A stretch of DNA of 64,000 nt. Source: a virus. Its lineage: Duplodnaviria; Caudoviricetes. The notes below the pieces were generated by a model. That model was not told the origin of the DNA and did no database searches. It saw only the letters and a list, made by a program, of their open reading frames with translations. The DNA is taken from positions 273-64,272 of IMG/VR virus record IMGVR_UViG_3300046009_002028, one strand, 5' to 3'. Shown one piece after another: positions 47,701 to 57,442 of this stretch. The translations under genes and the position numbers were made by a program. Each line of letters opens with the position of its first letter. Position 1 is the stretch's first letter.

Positions 47701-50700
47701 AAATGACCCTATTAAACGTGCGTTTATAAATCAGTTTTATAATGAGATTAAACAATACGGATATACCGCTAAAGCAGTTACAAGGTTTATTGATAATGTT
47801 GGGACTATGGGATTTCTTGTACCTACCGCAAACGTATCTGAAGAACGTATATTAAGTCAACTTCCAGAAAAAACATTATTCAATGCAGTCAATGCAGATT
47901 ATGCAACGCGTGAAATTTGGGAAAACCCTAAACAAGCAGCGGAGCAAGCATCAGCCAGAGTTAATCGCGTTCGTAACGACAATTACAGGCGTACAACTCG
48001 AAGTATGTACCATATGCAATTTGATTACTATCATTTTAGCCAAGAAGAATTTCAAATGGCTGAATCATTAATTGCTTTTTTAACCAGTAAATATAGTATG
48101 GTTGGCGATGCAATAAAAGAAATGACTGATAAGAATGAGTATCTACCTGTAATTGAGTTATCCGAAGAGTTTGTTAATCAATTTATGAGGCTATTAGAAC
48201 AAGGAAATTCACCAAAGAATTCTTATGCCAAAGCATACAAACAAACAATTTTGGCGCCAAGAGATGGGATTATTGAAGCTGCATTAGGCCAAAATAAAAC
48301 TGGGTGGATGCATTTCTCAGGGGTAGATGACGCCGATAGATTAACTATGGTTGCTTCAGATACCGGCACTACTGCACAATCCCCGTGGTGTATTGGGAAC
48401 TCATCACAAGACTTTTCCAGAAGATATTTAGAAAAAGGTGAATTCTACTTATATATTGACCGTGGAAATTCAATAGTTTCTGCGCGTTTTGAAGATGCTA
48501 ACCCTAATTACCTTGAAGAATTTTCGGGATTAGGGGTGGGGGTTAACCAAAAGGTACCTAAAGAACATACAAAATACCTGTATGAACTAGACCGTGTTAT
48601 GGGGCGCCCAATCGATATTAGTAAATACGAACAACAATCCAGCACATCAGTAGCTACTGTAGAAGACGCAAAAATTAACGACGCTGGTGAAAAAATTAAA
48701 ATAGGAATGTCTAGCCCAAAAGATTTTCGGGCGTTGCTTGAGGAGTATGCTAAGGCTCCATACGATTCCGAACTACGTAAATTACTAGATAGCCGAAATA
48801 GGGATATTATATTTGATGTATTAGGGGTTTCTAAAGCGTTCAAACAAACTTTTGATGTTTGGAAACCGGAATTAAAAACCGCTAATACTGAGCCAACTAT
48901 CTATGAAGTAATGCCACAAATAACTGACAAGTACGAAAATGTTTCGGAGGCAGCTGGGCATGTGATAGCCGTACCAGTTAATGTTACAAAGTTTGAATCA
49001 TTACCAAAAGAACTGTATCAAAAACTAACTAAATTAAAACAAGAAGTTCTTAATGCTCCGGACATATATACAGGTAAAGCCGATGAGGTAAACAGCCTTT
49101 CAGAAATAGTTTTCTATGCAAAAACTGACTCTGCAGATTTTCGCGGTTCAAATTTAAATAAATTAATTTCAAGTCTTCATCGGGACTATGATGAAGAAGT
49201 GGCATTTAGAAAACCGTTTGAAGAATGGTACGACACTTTGAAAACGTCAAGTGAAATGGGGCTTGTTGATTTAGATGTTCCCGCGCACAGACTGTCTGCA
49301 GAAGTTTTTGATAGTGGGACTGGAGGGGTAGAGGTCAAAGTCGGTGCTTTATCACTTTTTAAAGAATTTTTGCCAGACGAAAACATTCTGTCTGCTTATC
49401 ATAAATTTAACGAACTTGTAGCCGAAACTAAAGCAAATAAAGTAAAATCTGTAGCAGATAAGGCAGCAGACGATGCAGAGATTAGGGGGGCATTTGTCAA
49501 ACAAGGTATTCAGCCATCTGCCGCACCAAAAACCGCGTTAAAACGCCCCGATGGTACTGAGATTAAATTCAAGCAGCAAGAGAAAGAAACCCTATGGGAA
49601 AACTTAGCGGATGTATTTAATGGCTCTAGCACTCCTTGGCGTTCACTCATGGATATGCTTGGCAATAAGATTGTTACTGGTCGATACACAGTAGAGCGTA
49701 AAGCTATTGATGCGGGCTTATCAGCAACTGACGCCAAACAGCAAGGCAAGATTCGTGCTGACCTTATCGGGCTACAAGCCACAAACGCTATGTCTCTTGC
49801 GCAAGCAGGGTTGTTCTACGGTAAATTAGTCCTACGTAAGAGTGGGATTATTCGTGCTGAAAAAGGCAACGTCAATATGGTTGACCTAGGCAACGAGTGG
49901 CATACGCTTTTGGAAAAGGCTACCCGAGATTTAGGTAGCGCCGACCGTGCATACGATATGCTTTCAGCCGGTTGGTATGGTCCGCGTTATGAGGACTTAG
50001 CGAAACACAATGCTAACACTGCGCCTAAAAACCGCGTTGATATTAGTGATTGGACTGACTCTGATAAACAAACAAGTGCAGAAGCATGGAGAAGGTACGG
50101 TCCAGAACTAACTAAACTGCGTGATATGCGTAACGAAATGCGGGGTTCAGTGCTTGATTTGATGGTGCAGAGTGGCTTATATACCCGTGACGTTGCTAAA
50201 GAATATTTAGACCGCATGGACTACGTGCCGTTGTACCGCATACAGGAAAAAGACTTGTTGGATAAGCAAGGTCGTCCACTACGCGTAAGCACAGGGTTGT
50301 TGGGTGTGGGTAGAGAGTTTCACCTTAAAGGGTCTAGTAAAACAGCGAATGACCCGCTACAAAACTACATTGCTAACATGTCATGGATGATGCAACGCGC
50401 CATTAAAAACAATGCTGCCATACATACTGCGGACATGCTCGATGCACTTGGTCAGGGATACTGGTCTAAAAACAAAGTGCCATCAGGTAAAAAGCAATCC
50501 ATGCATGTTGCCAGCATATTTAAAGATGGTGTTGAAAAAGACTTTGTAATGTATGACCCCAACGACATGGCGGCATTCTCTGCATCTCCAATTATTTCGG
50601 GGTTGGTGTGGGATTTGATGCGCTATCCTGTATCTGGATTACGTCATGGTATTACTATGATGCCACAGTTCGTATTCAATCAGGCTATGGAAGACCCCGT

Positions 50701-52138
50701 CCGTGCGGCATTAGTGTCAGGTAACCGAGCTGGTATTGCCCAAAATGTACGTGATACATGGAAATCTATTGCGGATAACCAATTTAAATCAGAGCGCACT
50801 CCTGATGCCGACATGTTGAACCGTTATGGTGTTATCGGTCAGAAAGATATCCTTGATGCTAAAGACATTGAAGACATGTATCACGGGAACGATAAAAAAG
50901 GATATAGAAAGTATATATACTTCTTAGAGCGCATGGCACAAGGCAGTGACTTGGGTGCCCGCGAGTCTATCTATAAGAACGCAGTGAAAGAACTTACCGC
51001 TGAAGGCTATGACAAAGATACGGCAGAAGACTTAGCGTCTATTCGCTCACAGCAGTATATGCCTTACCAGCAAGTTGGTATGTCTAAGTCCCTTGCTTAC
51101 CTACGCCGCATGATGCCGTTCGTTAACCCACCTATTCAAGGTTTAGCTCGTGATATTGCAGCTATGCGTGGTCGGTTAACTGGGGTGTCTAAAGACGAAG
51201 GTAAAAAGATGTTTGCATTAACTATTACAAAGTATGCGATATTTACAGCGATGTATGCGGCGTTTAGTAGTGGTGATGACGACTATGAGAATAAGACTGA
51301 CGACCAAAAAGACAATAACTTCTATCTAGGTGGTGTGCGTATTGCAGTACCTCAAGAATTACGCCCATTAAAAGTAGCGATTGAGCGTGGCACTAGGTAT
51401 TATATATTGAACGAGCCAAACGCAGACGTGAATAGTGCAGCTATTGCAGGCACGGTATTACGCAAATCATGGGAAATTATATCCGGCATTGCATTGCCTG
51501 TTCCAACTGCCGTGCGCCCATTACTTGAAAACATGACAAACTTCGATATCTATTCAGCACGACCAGTAGTAGGTATCAGTCAGCAAAGTAAAGCGCCTAT
51601 GTATCAGTACACCGATACCACTTCTGAGCTAGCAAAAACAGTAGGTGAGGCACTTAACTATTCTCCAATTAAAATTGACCACATACTTCGTGGGTATTTT
51701 GGGTACATGGGACAAACCATTGCGCAATTCTTGAACGTGCTAGATACTGAGCGCCCATCCATGCGGTTGCAAGATTTACCGATTGTTGGCGGGTTTGTTG
51801 AAGGGCAGTACGGCACAGGTCCTAAAAACGAGCTATACGAGTTGATTGGCAAATCTGCGGAAGCCAAAGCCACGCTTAAATCCATTCAAAAAGAAGGTGA
51901 CCGTGAGGCAGCAATTAAGTGGGCTAGAGACCATAGGGGTTCTATTGGATTGTCAACGGCAGTAAATGCATTGCATACGCAAGTAACCAATATCCGTACA
52001 AACAAGTCAAAAATCTATAACTCTAAATTGTCGGCACCCGAAAAAAGAGCTAGGATTGATGCGTTAGAAAAAGCTGAACTGCGGTTGTTATCCAACGTGC
52101 ATGAGTTACACAAGCGGATGGTTGAGTTGGATGCATAA
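44747..52138 (+). CDS. giant ejection / polyvalent protein with zincin-like HE-x-x-x-H segment and LPD38-like C-terminus
   Basis: 2463 aa; IQHERGAHVGL...E..AY; C-terminal YVP.YR, PF.N..IQG, P.EL, SP.KIDH..RGYFG. Confidence 0.8.
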   Translation: MAKNMLYDFEANGRIYTFEGPEGLDPTAFSSALQQQIAIDNAPKTGGMGEAFKGTAKRLLSSGRTALESVIDPDKAAVAGLERQKAITELPGGSLAEVQRIYEEQGILPAAWEGLKQAPAVISGQIPQLGGMFAAGTAAAAVTPPVLPIVGPFAKPIAGVLGGLASLAIPQTGTNIERQAQVQQEAGLPVDVSMAKAVPAAIGSAALDQVALLAGGLGKVLGIGVKELGTVAAERIAKESLLKASTKGVGKTALAEMPTEVSQQMLERAQAGLPLTTPDAIQEYADAAYQALLMSPLGGLGGVSSRSQAKGQVAAAQALKDQAAADKTYAIEQAKGFRDQAREDRAGTQAVQEEIARQATETKQQAVDVLQQVAAKKQAEAGIPAVNDLMQTKEGASQLLSDKGLFEYHFPKTQYTADDIKQLKNDIRARRNTLPSQESIARATTQAELEQTFAVDPNTITPELIDMWGITKGNKKLRNKLLAVSDLTVPDNKVKATELLEDYKQTASAKQLSAAETATQHIANLEPVSVEAPNVGLNERTNRASVPVLDERGQVSPAGIAGVEPATLGDVGDSTGLLTDGTEQQPAALVEESPAAVQARVQARILEKRQAEEAARAEEKAANLAAVQAEQKVARGKIIAPTAAPEIAPDIQQDVAETQAREAELSPLADTESTLIEPYAPADENILASAAGKKKARKPKYAMPERIEPSDTSASVEAIQTELNTLFTPQQLKARPPVVVDTVEELPANLQAEATEADAAAFVDPTTKQEYYVASKIPSNDIRGKIQHERGAHVGLTKLIGKDRVNALANRVLTWATEVGGKKIEHVIAREAHEKALMSGETEGSERYNQEVIAYFTEIAVNRYGIDPLKAQPKEFAKVAGWLKELWNGILATLKKLHYDPSKLTAKEIVDLVYGAARIANKAEPSAVGVQAEATPTLSDNDLTILVGLLQSPTPHESKESTGPETSTKIQSSSASSMMHDLGFKNDPIKRAFINQFYNEIKQYGYTAKAVTRFIDNVGTMGFLVPTANVSEERILSQLPEKTLFNAVNADYATREIWENPKQAAEQASARVNRVRNDNYRRTTRSMYHMQFDYYHFSQEEFQMAESLIAFLTSKYSMVGDAIKEMTDKNEYLPVIELSEEFVNQFMRLLEQGNSPKNSYAKAYKQTILAPRDGIIEAALGQNKTGWMHFSGVDDADRLTMVASDTGTTAQSPWCIGNSSQDFSRRYLEKGEFYLYIDRGNSIVSARFEDANPNYLEEFSGLGVGVNQKVPKEHTKYLYELDRVMGRPIDISKYEQQSSTSVATVEDAKINDAGEKIKIGMSSPKDFRALLEEYAKAPYDSELRKLLDSRNRDIIFDVLGVSKAFKQTFDVWKPELKTANTEPTIYEVMPQITDKYENVSEAAGHVIAVPVNVTKFESLPKELYQKLTKLKQEVLNAPDIYTGKADEVNSLSEIVFYAKTDSADFRGSNLNKLISSLHRDYDEEVAFRKPFEEWYDTLKTSSEMGLVDLDVPAHRLSAEVFDSGTGGVEVKVGALSLFKEFLPDENILSAYHKFNELVAETKANKVKSVADKAADDAEIRGAFVKQGIQPSAAPKTALKRPDGTEIKFKQQEKETLWENLADVFNGSSTPWRSLMDMLGNKIVTGRYTVERKAIDAGLSATDAKQQGKIRADLIGLQATNAMSLAQAGLFYGKLVLRKSGIIRAEKGNVNMVDLGNEWHTLLEKATRDLGSADRAYDMLSAGWYGPRYEDLAKHNANTAPKNRVDISDWTDSDKQTSAEAWRRYGPELTKLRDMRNEMRGSVLDLMVQSGLYTRDVAKEYLDRMDYVPLYRIQEKDLLDKQGRPLRVSTGLLGVGREFHLKGSSKTANDPLQNYIANMSWMMQRAIKNNAAIHTADMLDALGQGYWSKNKVPSGKKQSMHVASIFKDGVEKDFVMYDPNDMAAFSASPIISGLVWDLMRYPVSGLRHGITMMPQFVFNQAMEDPVRAALVSGNRAGIAQNVRDTWKSIADNQFKSERTPDADMLNRYGVIGQKDILDAKDIEDMYHGNDKKGYRKYIYFLERMAQGSDLGARESIYKNAVKELTAEGYDKDTAEDLASIRSQQYMPYQQVGMSKSLAYLRRMMPFVNPPIQGLARDIAAMRGRLTGVSKDEGKKMFALTITKYAIFTAMYAAFSSGDDDYENKTDDQKDNNFYLGGVRIAVPQELRPLKVAIERGTRYYILNEPNADVNSAAIAGTVLRKSWEIISGIALPVPTAVRPLLENMTNFDIYSARPVVGISQQSKAPMYQYTDTTSELAKTVGEALNYSPIKIDHILRGYFGYMGQTIAQFLNVLDTERPSMRLQDLPIVGGFVEGQYGTGPKNELYELIGKSAEAKATLKSIQKEGDREAAIKWARDHRGSIGLSTAVNALHTQVTNIRTNKSKIYNSKLSAPEKRARIDALEKAELRLLSNVHELHKRMVELDA

Positions 52139-52169
52139 AAAAGACCCCCGATTATGTGGTCGGGGGTTT
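52137..52169. terminator. terminator between the convergent late and replication operons, probably bidirectional
   Basis: aaaaaag-acccccgat-tatgtg-gtcgggggt-tt. Confidence 0.8.
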
Positions 52170-52231
52170 AAGTTTACTACGGAGAATGAGAATGGATTGC
52201 TCCACTCACAGCCGAAGTATACACGGATTTA

Positions 52232-52417
52232 TTAAATGCGCCATATTCTTACACCATATAACCCGTTATACACAACTCTTTCTATCCGCAAATCGTAATT
52301 AAAGTCTTTTGACAGCCTAGTTGCCTCACGTCGGACTTCATCATACTCGATGCAGGGGACAAAGAAACTATCCCCCTTATCCATGCTAGCTATCGGTAGT
52401 TCAATCGGCTGTTTCAT
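52232..52417 (-). CDS. small conserved phage protein
   Basis: M..GDSFFVPC...GVRIWR motif. Confidence 0.75.
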   Translation of the reverse strand: MKQPIELPIASMDKGDSFFVPCIEYDEVRREATRLSKDFNYDLRIERVVYNGLYGVRIWRI

Positions 52418-52853
52418 ACATCACATCAAATGCTTGCGATTCAAAAACTTGAACCCCACCGAAACCAATAGCAATATGTTGTTCTTCATACCATGCAGTC
52501 CAACCATCATGGATAGCTTGAAGCTGCGTTATATCGGGGCTACCATGCCAGAATGAAGTTAATGTTCCTTTATAATCATGTAAGCCCAACAGTGCCCCAC
52601 ACTGGATATCGGAAATATCTAAATGTAGCCGCCCCATCATGTACCCCATCACTGAATGAAGTCTTCGGTCTTCAAGAGTAGTATCATCATGACGTTTAGC
52701 TATTGGGAATAATCGAGAATCTATGCTCCACTCCCCTACTAATTTATATACTGACCGTTGCAAAAATACCTCAGCAATCTCCGATATAAATTCTTTGTCG
52801 GCATAACCAAAATGGGTTGATGATTCTTGTAATTTAATTTTCCGGTTGTTCAT
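52401..52853 (-). CDS. hypothetical protein
   Basis: 150-aa ORF overlapping both neighbours. Confidence 0.6.
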   Translation of the reverse strand: MNNRKIKLQESSTHFGYADKEFISEIAEVFLQRSVYKLVGEWSIDSRLFPIAKRHDDTTLEDRRLHSVMGYMMGRLHLDISDIQCGALLGLHDYKGTLTSFWHGSPDITQLQAIHDGWTAWYEEQHIAIGFGGVQVFESQAFDVMYETAD

Positions 52854-55701
52854 GTTCTGCCTCTATCTCAAAATCGCCTTCGAAGGCGAGTAACCAAACT
52901 GGTGGAGCATCAATGCCAGTACCGCGCATGATACGAATCTTTTCGGGGCCTTTATACTTGATACCATCCATCTCACTAGCTATCGATGCACTAAATGGGA
53001 TTTGACGTTTAACGCAGTACTCTTTAAATACTGACCGAACTATGTACAACCGTTTGCAATCGGGCTCAAACCTACCTACGATACGAATGTTAGGGTTGAA
53101 TATCGGAGCCTGCGGCAATCCACTACGCAGGTCCTTCGTGCCATTGATTTGCAATATGGCTCCTTTGTTCTCACTGATGAATTCGCCCAAGACACTACCG
53201 AAGTCTAACAGTTCGTCTTTAGCCTCTTGGCGCTTACCAAACGCAAGCTCGAGTAATATCTTAAATAACTTATCAATATCCCAGTCGATAATGCCTAATG
53301 ACTTGGCAATGTAACCGCCAGTAATCATTGCACTGAATGCCGCAACCCACATACGTTCTTTTGATTGGGTTTTCATTAGCTTGTTAATTTTCATCTTAAC
53401 TTTTTTAAGCAACGCTTTTGTGCCAGCTACGTCACTGACAAGTGTTTTTATATACAAGTCACCAGCATGTCCGTAGTTTTGGTCTAGTGTGGTCACTAAT
53501 TCCTGTGCATAGTCCGCATCCAATTCTTCGGGCTTAAGGATATCAATCTCGAATATCCGCATGAGCTCACCATCAGCTACAGCTTTGTTCACGGTCAACT
53601 TATCAGACAGTGAGGCGTTAGATGATGACAGCCCTATCGTGGACCACCAAGTGTTGTTGATACGGGCTTTATTCGCACCGCTCTCCATACGTTCCTTACC
53701 ACGACCTTCTGAGAACCCATAGGCTAAGTCAGAAACTTCCGCCATTGATAAGTTAGTAAGCTCGTCCATACATGCAGGCAAGTTGCATAGTACCCCAACG
53801 CGATGCGTCCTTGAAGCCAGCGTGTCTGCCTTCCGCATCATGAGGCGTGTCGTGTTACCATACACAGAGTTTACAAAGTGTTGGATAAGTGTCTTACCTG
53901 TACCCGAATCTTTGTTGATGCAGTTAAACAGCAAGCCATGCTCACCAGTAAACGTCATTAACGGGGCACCGAAAGCAATCAATGCAGCTAGCTGATGGCG
54001 TTCCCATCCGGGCCGTCCCAATGTTGCACCCACTGTTTTCCATTTTTCGTAGTCACCTTTTGGGTCCATATACGGGGCTAGTGATGATGTGGGAACGGAG
54101 GGTGGACTGTATCTGTCACCTGCCGCAGAAATCTCGCGCTTACCTAAAATAAATACCTTATATTCGTCAGCCCAACCAAATTGTGGGCGAGATAATTCTA
54201 ACCGCGTATGCTTTTGTAGTGCATCATTTGCGGTAAGTATATATGCCATTATGTCCTCCATTTTCTTCTTGTTCGCTGTCACGCCGTAAAATGCTAGCCC
54301 GTCACGTAACTTATCGAATGAGGTTATATGCATTAACGGAATAACAAATTCTTGTAGCCCATCCATAGGTAAGATTAGGTTAAACAGCAACACTTCGCCG
54401 TGGTCACCATCTTTAATACGCTTCATCACAAACAGGTCATTCACGTACACCATGATGTCTTCTTCTACACCGTCAACACTGTCCGAAGGTTTACCCTTGC
54501 GGAATATCCCACCCTTGGCTCCACGGAAATACGGGAACGGTAGTTTAGGAATAGTAACTTTTATAGGGTCATCGATTGCGATGTTAGCTATCCCACCCGC
54601 TACGGGTACCACAGGTACTACAGGTACCACCACTTCTGTTGCCGTTGACTCGGGCACAAACTCACCTAACTTAATCGGCGTTACAATCTGCCCTTTGTAT
54701 TTACAATCTGCACAACCCTGTGGGTTATACCCAATAAACCATTCACATGTACGAGCCCCATCAAACTCTGCGGCTTTGTCTATAGTTGCTTGTGGAGAAT
54801 AGTTCTCGTAACCTTTAGATAGTTTATGTATGGCGGTTTCGCCATCTACGCACTTATTGGCAATGGATAGCCCTGCGCACCACATATCGTAGTTCACGCC
54901 ATTGGGCTTTTCTAGCATGGTTTTAATCTGCATGCAGCCATCACCCTTAATGCTTCGGATGGCTATAGTGGAAAACTTAGAGTCTTTGTACCCTAGTGCA
55001 TTTTTAGTTGCGGTGTCGTATTCAATTTTAGCTTTTGGCTTACGCTCAACAATACCCATCGCGGCACAAGCATCGCGCAATGGTGATTCAAACTGGGTCA
55101 ATGGGATAGGTGCAGGGATAGGCACACCATCTAAGAACTTGGCATTAATACCATAACGGGTGTTGTTCGTACCGACAACACGTAACACTCGCGCACAATC
55201 TGCGGGTACGGCAGGGTCAATATATAGGTCTGACTGGATACACAACTGTTTGAATAGGTTAGCTACAGGTTGCCATTGCTCGGGGGTCAATGCTGTATCT
55301 AATACCCAATATAAATGCCACCCACCACCAGAATCCACAACGGCAGGTAGGGGTAGTCCGTGCTTATCGATAAATCGACGAGCAATGTTTAATGCTTCAT
55401 CTTTGTCTGCGTAGGCTTTTTTTGATTCAAGTTTCTCGGGGTCATCACTAATGTCAATGTCTAGAAAGAACGACTTAATCTCTTGGACATTCGATTGCTT
55501 GCGTGATGTGTCATCCTTAAAAGAACTTAATGCGAAATAGGTGTTAGTAGTCTTTTGGTCAATAGACTCAATAAGTTTTTCCACACCATCTAAGCTCGTA
55601 GCAAAGCGTTGGGTCGGCACTTTTGTTGCGGGGTTTACCCCAATGATGCAGTATGTACCACCCCTAGGCACCACTGAATCTATAAATTCTATTGCTTTCA
55701 T
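52834..55701 (-). CDS. primase-helicase (AEP/RepB-like primase, Zn-binding region, DUF927 and P-loop helicase)
   Basis: FLDID, SGGGWHLYW, RVLRV.GT.N, C..C..C, QFGW, SGTGKT, MDELT, G.GK.R. Confidence 0.9.
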   Translation of the reverse strand: MKAIEFIDSVVPRGGTYCIIGVNPATKVPTQRFATSLDGVEKLIESIDQKTTNTYFALSSFKDDTSRKQSNVQEIKSFFLDIDISDDPEKLESKKAYADKDEALNIARRFIDKHGLPLPAVVDSGGGWHLYWVLDTALTPEQWQPVANLFKQLCIQSDLYIDPAVPADCARVLRVVGTNNTRYGINAKFLDGVPIPAPIPLTQFESPLRDACAAMGIVERKPKAKIEYDTATKNALGYKDSKFSTIAIRSIKGDGCMQIKTMLEKPNGVNYDMWCAGLSIANKCVDGETAIHKLSKGYENYSPQATIDKAAEFDGARTCEWFIGYNPQGCADCKYKGQIVTPIKLGEFVPESTATEVVVPVVPVVPVAGGIANIAIDDPIKVTIPKLPFPYFRGAKGGIFRKGKPSDSVDGVEEDIMVYVNDLFVMKRIKDGDHGEVLLFNLILPMDGLQEFVIPLMHITSFDKLRDGLAFYGVTANKKKMEDIMAYILTANDALQKHTRLELSRPQFGWADEYKVFILGKREISAAGDRYSPPSVPTSSLAPYMDPKGDYEKWKTVGATLGRPGWERHQLAALIAFGAPLMTFTGEHGLLFNCINKDSGTGKTLIQHFVNSVYGNTTRLMMRKADTLASRTHRVGVLCNLPACMDELTNLSMAEVSDLAYGFSEGRGKERMESGANKARINNTWWSTIGLSSSNASLSDKLTVNKAVADGELMRIFEIDILKPEELDADYAQELVTTLDQNYGHAGDLYIKTLVSDVAGTKALLKKVKMKINKLMKTQSKERMWVAAFSAMITGGYIAKSLGIIDWDIDKLFKILLELAFGKRQEAKDELLDFGSVLGEFISENKGAILQINGTKDLRSGLPQAPIFNPNIRIVGRFEPDCKRLYIVRSVFKEYCVKRQIPFSASIASEMDGIKYKGPEKIRIMRGTGIDAPPVWLLAFEGDFEIEAEHEQPEN

Positions 55702-55723
55702 TTGTATCCCCGAAGTTAAAGCA

Positions 55724-55791
55724 GGGAAAGTAGCGCCATCCTATTGCATACGCAATATAACTAAACACAACATCGATGGCACCACTTTTCC
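55724..55791 (-). promoter_or_regulatory. long stem-loop in the leader of the primase gene
   Basis: Minus strand ggaaaagtggtgccatc pairs with gatggcgctactttccc; inner tattgc/gcaata hairpin. Confidence 0.55.
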
Positions 55792-55812
55792 GACAGGTAG
55801 TTCTAAGTAAGA

Positions 55813-56766
55813 CTAGTCTTCCCACTCGTCAAGTAAATTGGTCAAACTTGCTTTAGGGGCAGGTTCAGACGCGGCTTTACTAACTTTAACTGGCTCACTC
55901 ATTGCTACTTCTACTTCAACTTCAGAAACTTCAGAGATTTCCTCATCGGCTTCTTCTACTACGGGGGCTGGCTTTGCTTTTGGTGCGGCGATTGCTGCTT
56001 TAGGGGCTGGGGCAAACGCATTTTTGTTAGCTGTCGCACTGTCTGCTTGGAACACAGTCATTGTTACTGCACGGGTAGCATCAGCGCTTTCACCTTTTGC
56101 TTTACACAACTGAAATTCTTCCTCATTCAATGGACGCACTGGGCTAAATATCAGCTTGGGGGTAGCTGACGCTGTGTCGAATCGCATTTCAGTTACTACT
56201 GCACCGACAGGAAGTCGCATTTGCACGATTGATTGCACATATGCTTGTAGTGGTAGTTTAGAACCATCAACACCCTTACCAAAGATACTTGTGGCAGGAA
56301 GCGATAGCTGATAGACATCACCATTCAAGTCACCTTCTAATACAACTGCAACGCGTTGGTTAAAACGGCAAGCTCGGCTTTCACCTGTGCCCGAACCTGC
56401 GATATTCTGAGGACATGACATACATGTATTCGCTTGTGGATTAGTTGCGTCTGCGGCAGGTTTAGTGTTATCGGGGGACCAGCATGATGGACCCTTGGCT
56501 TCACCACCTTCAACATAAGCACCTTCATAGTACGTACGGCCTAATGGGGATGATGCAACGATAACTACATTCATTGCACGGTCTTCATTGACCATCAATT
56601 CTTCGCCATTAACAAGCATGCGGAATACACCGCCTTTGATTGAAATGCGTTTGCTACCACTACCACCACCGCCGCTACCTGCTAGATTTTTGGTTGTAGC
56701 ATCAAGCTCGATGTCTTTTAAATATGATGGAAGTTTTGCGCCTGTAAACAATGCTAAATTACTCAT
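55813..56766 (-). CDS. probable ssDNA-binding/annealing replication protein
   Basis: RISIKG..F, CWS.D...P, C..CP.N..GS, AC; acidic C-terminus LDEWED. Confidence 0.7.
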   Translation of the reverse strand: MSNLALFTGAKLPSYLKDIELDATTKNLAGSGGGGSGSKRISIKGGVFRMLVNGEELMVNEDRAMNVVIVASSPLGRTYYEGAYVEGGEAKGPSCWSPDNTKPAADATNPQANTCMSCPQNIAGSGTGESRACRFNQRVAVVLEGDLNGDVYQLSLPATSIFGKGVDGSKLPLQAYVQSIVQMRLPVGAVVTEMRFDTASATPKLIFSPVRPLNEEEFQLCKAKGESADATRAVTMTVFQADSATANKNAFAPAPKAAIAAPKAKPAPVVEEADEEISEVSEVEVEVAMSEPVKVSKAASEPAPKASLTNLLDEWED

Positions 56767-56962
56767 TTGATTCTCCTTTGTAAATGTATGCTACTAATGT
56801 ATCTCTTGAAATGCGCCACGCTCTACCTACCCGTTTAGCACTAATCTCGCCAGTATCAATTAGCTTATATAATAATTTCTTTTCAATGCGTAGAAACTTC
56901 GCGGCTTCCGCAACGGTTAATATGTCAGCGGGGGCATTCATGGTTGACGTTTCTTCGTTCAT
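56759..56962 (-). CDS. excisionase-family (HTH_17) DNA-binding protein
   Basis: LTV.EAA.FLRI....LYKLI..GEI.A.RVG..WRI. Confidence 0.88.
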   Translation of the reverse strand: MNEETSTMNAPADILTVAEAAKFLRIEKKLLYKLIDTGEISAKRVGRAWRISRDTLVAYIYKGESNE

Positions 56963-57366
56963 TTAATTTCCTTTCTCGGTTTATATAGCCTTATATCGTA
57001 GGTGCGGTCACAATTTAAAGCTGGTGGTAAGTCATCCGCGTGTTGTTCAATCCATTCACGCATAGCCGCAACGGTGATTCGTTGGTGTAACAAATGTAAT
57101 GCATCGTGCTCTTTAACATACTGCAAAAATGGTTGCCAATCGCTACACCAGTATCTGTCATTAGTGACACGAGATATCGTGCCGTGAGAAGTTCCAGTGG
57201 TAGAAATCCCTTGTTCTTTAAAGATGTTAAGGATTTCATCGGTTACCATTTTTTGTTTTGCTTCAAGCACTTTATCTTCAGCATCGAACTGCTTAGATAA
57301 ATCGGAACGCTTAGCTCTTATCTTTTCGAGGACACCTGCTAATCGGTCTATTGATATTTCACTCAT
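56959..57366 (-). CDS. conserved replication-module protein
   Basis: T.HGT.S, DW..F..YV...LL..RI, PP motifs. Confidence 0.75.
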   Translation of the reverse strand: MSEISIDRLAGVLEKIRAKRSDLSKQFDAEDKVLEAKQKMVTDEILNIFKEQGISTTGTSHGTISRVTNDRYWCSDWQPFLQYVKEHDALHLLHQRITVAAMREWIEQHADDLPPALNCDRTYDIRLYKPRKEIK

Positions 57367-57398
57367 TTAATTCTCCGTTAAAAAGTAAACAGATAAGA

Positions 57399-57427
57399 AT
57401 CTTATACGTTCTTATTATCTCTGTCAA
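57399..57427 (-). promoter_or_regulatory. sigma70 promoter TTGACA-17-TAAGAT
   Basis: Intergenic, upstream of the GGAG RBS of 56959..57366. Confidence 0.7.
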
Positions 57428-57442
57428 GTACTTTAATGTACC

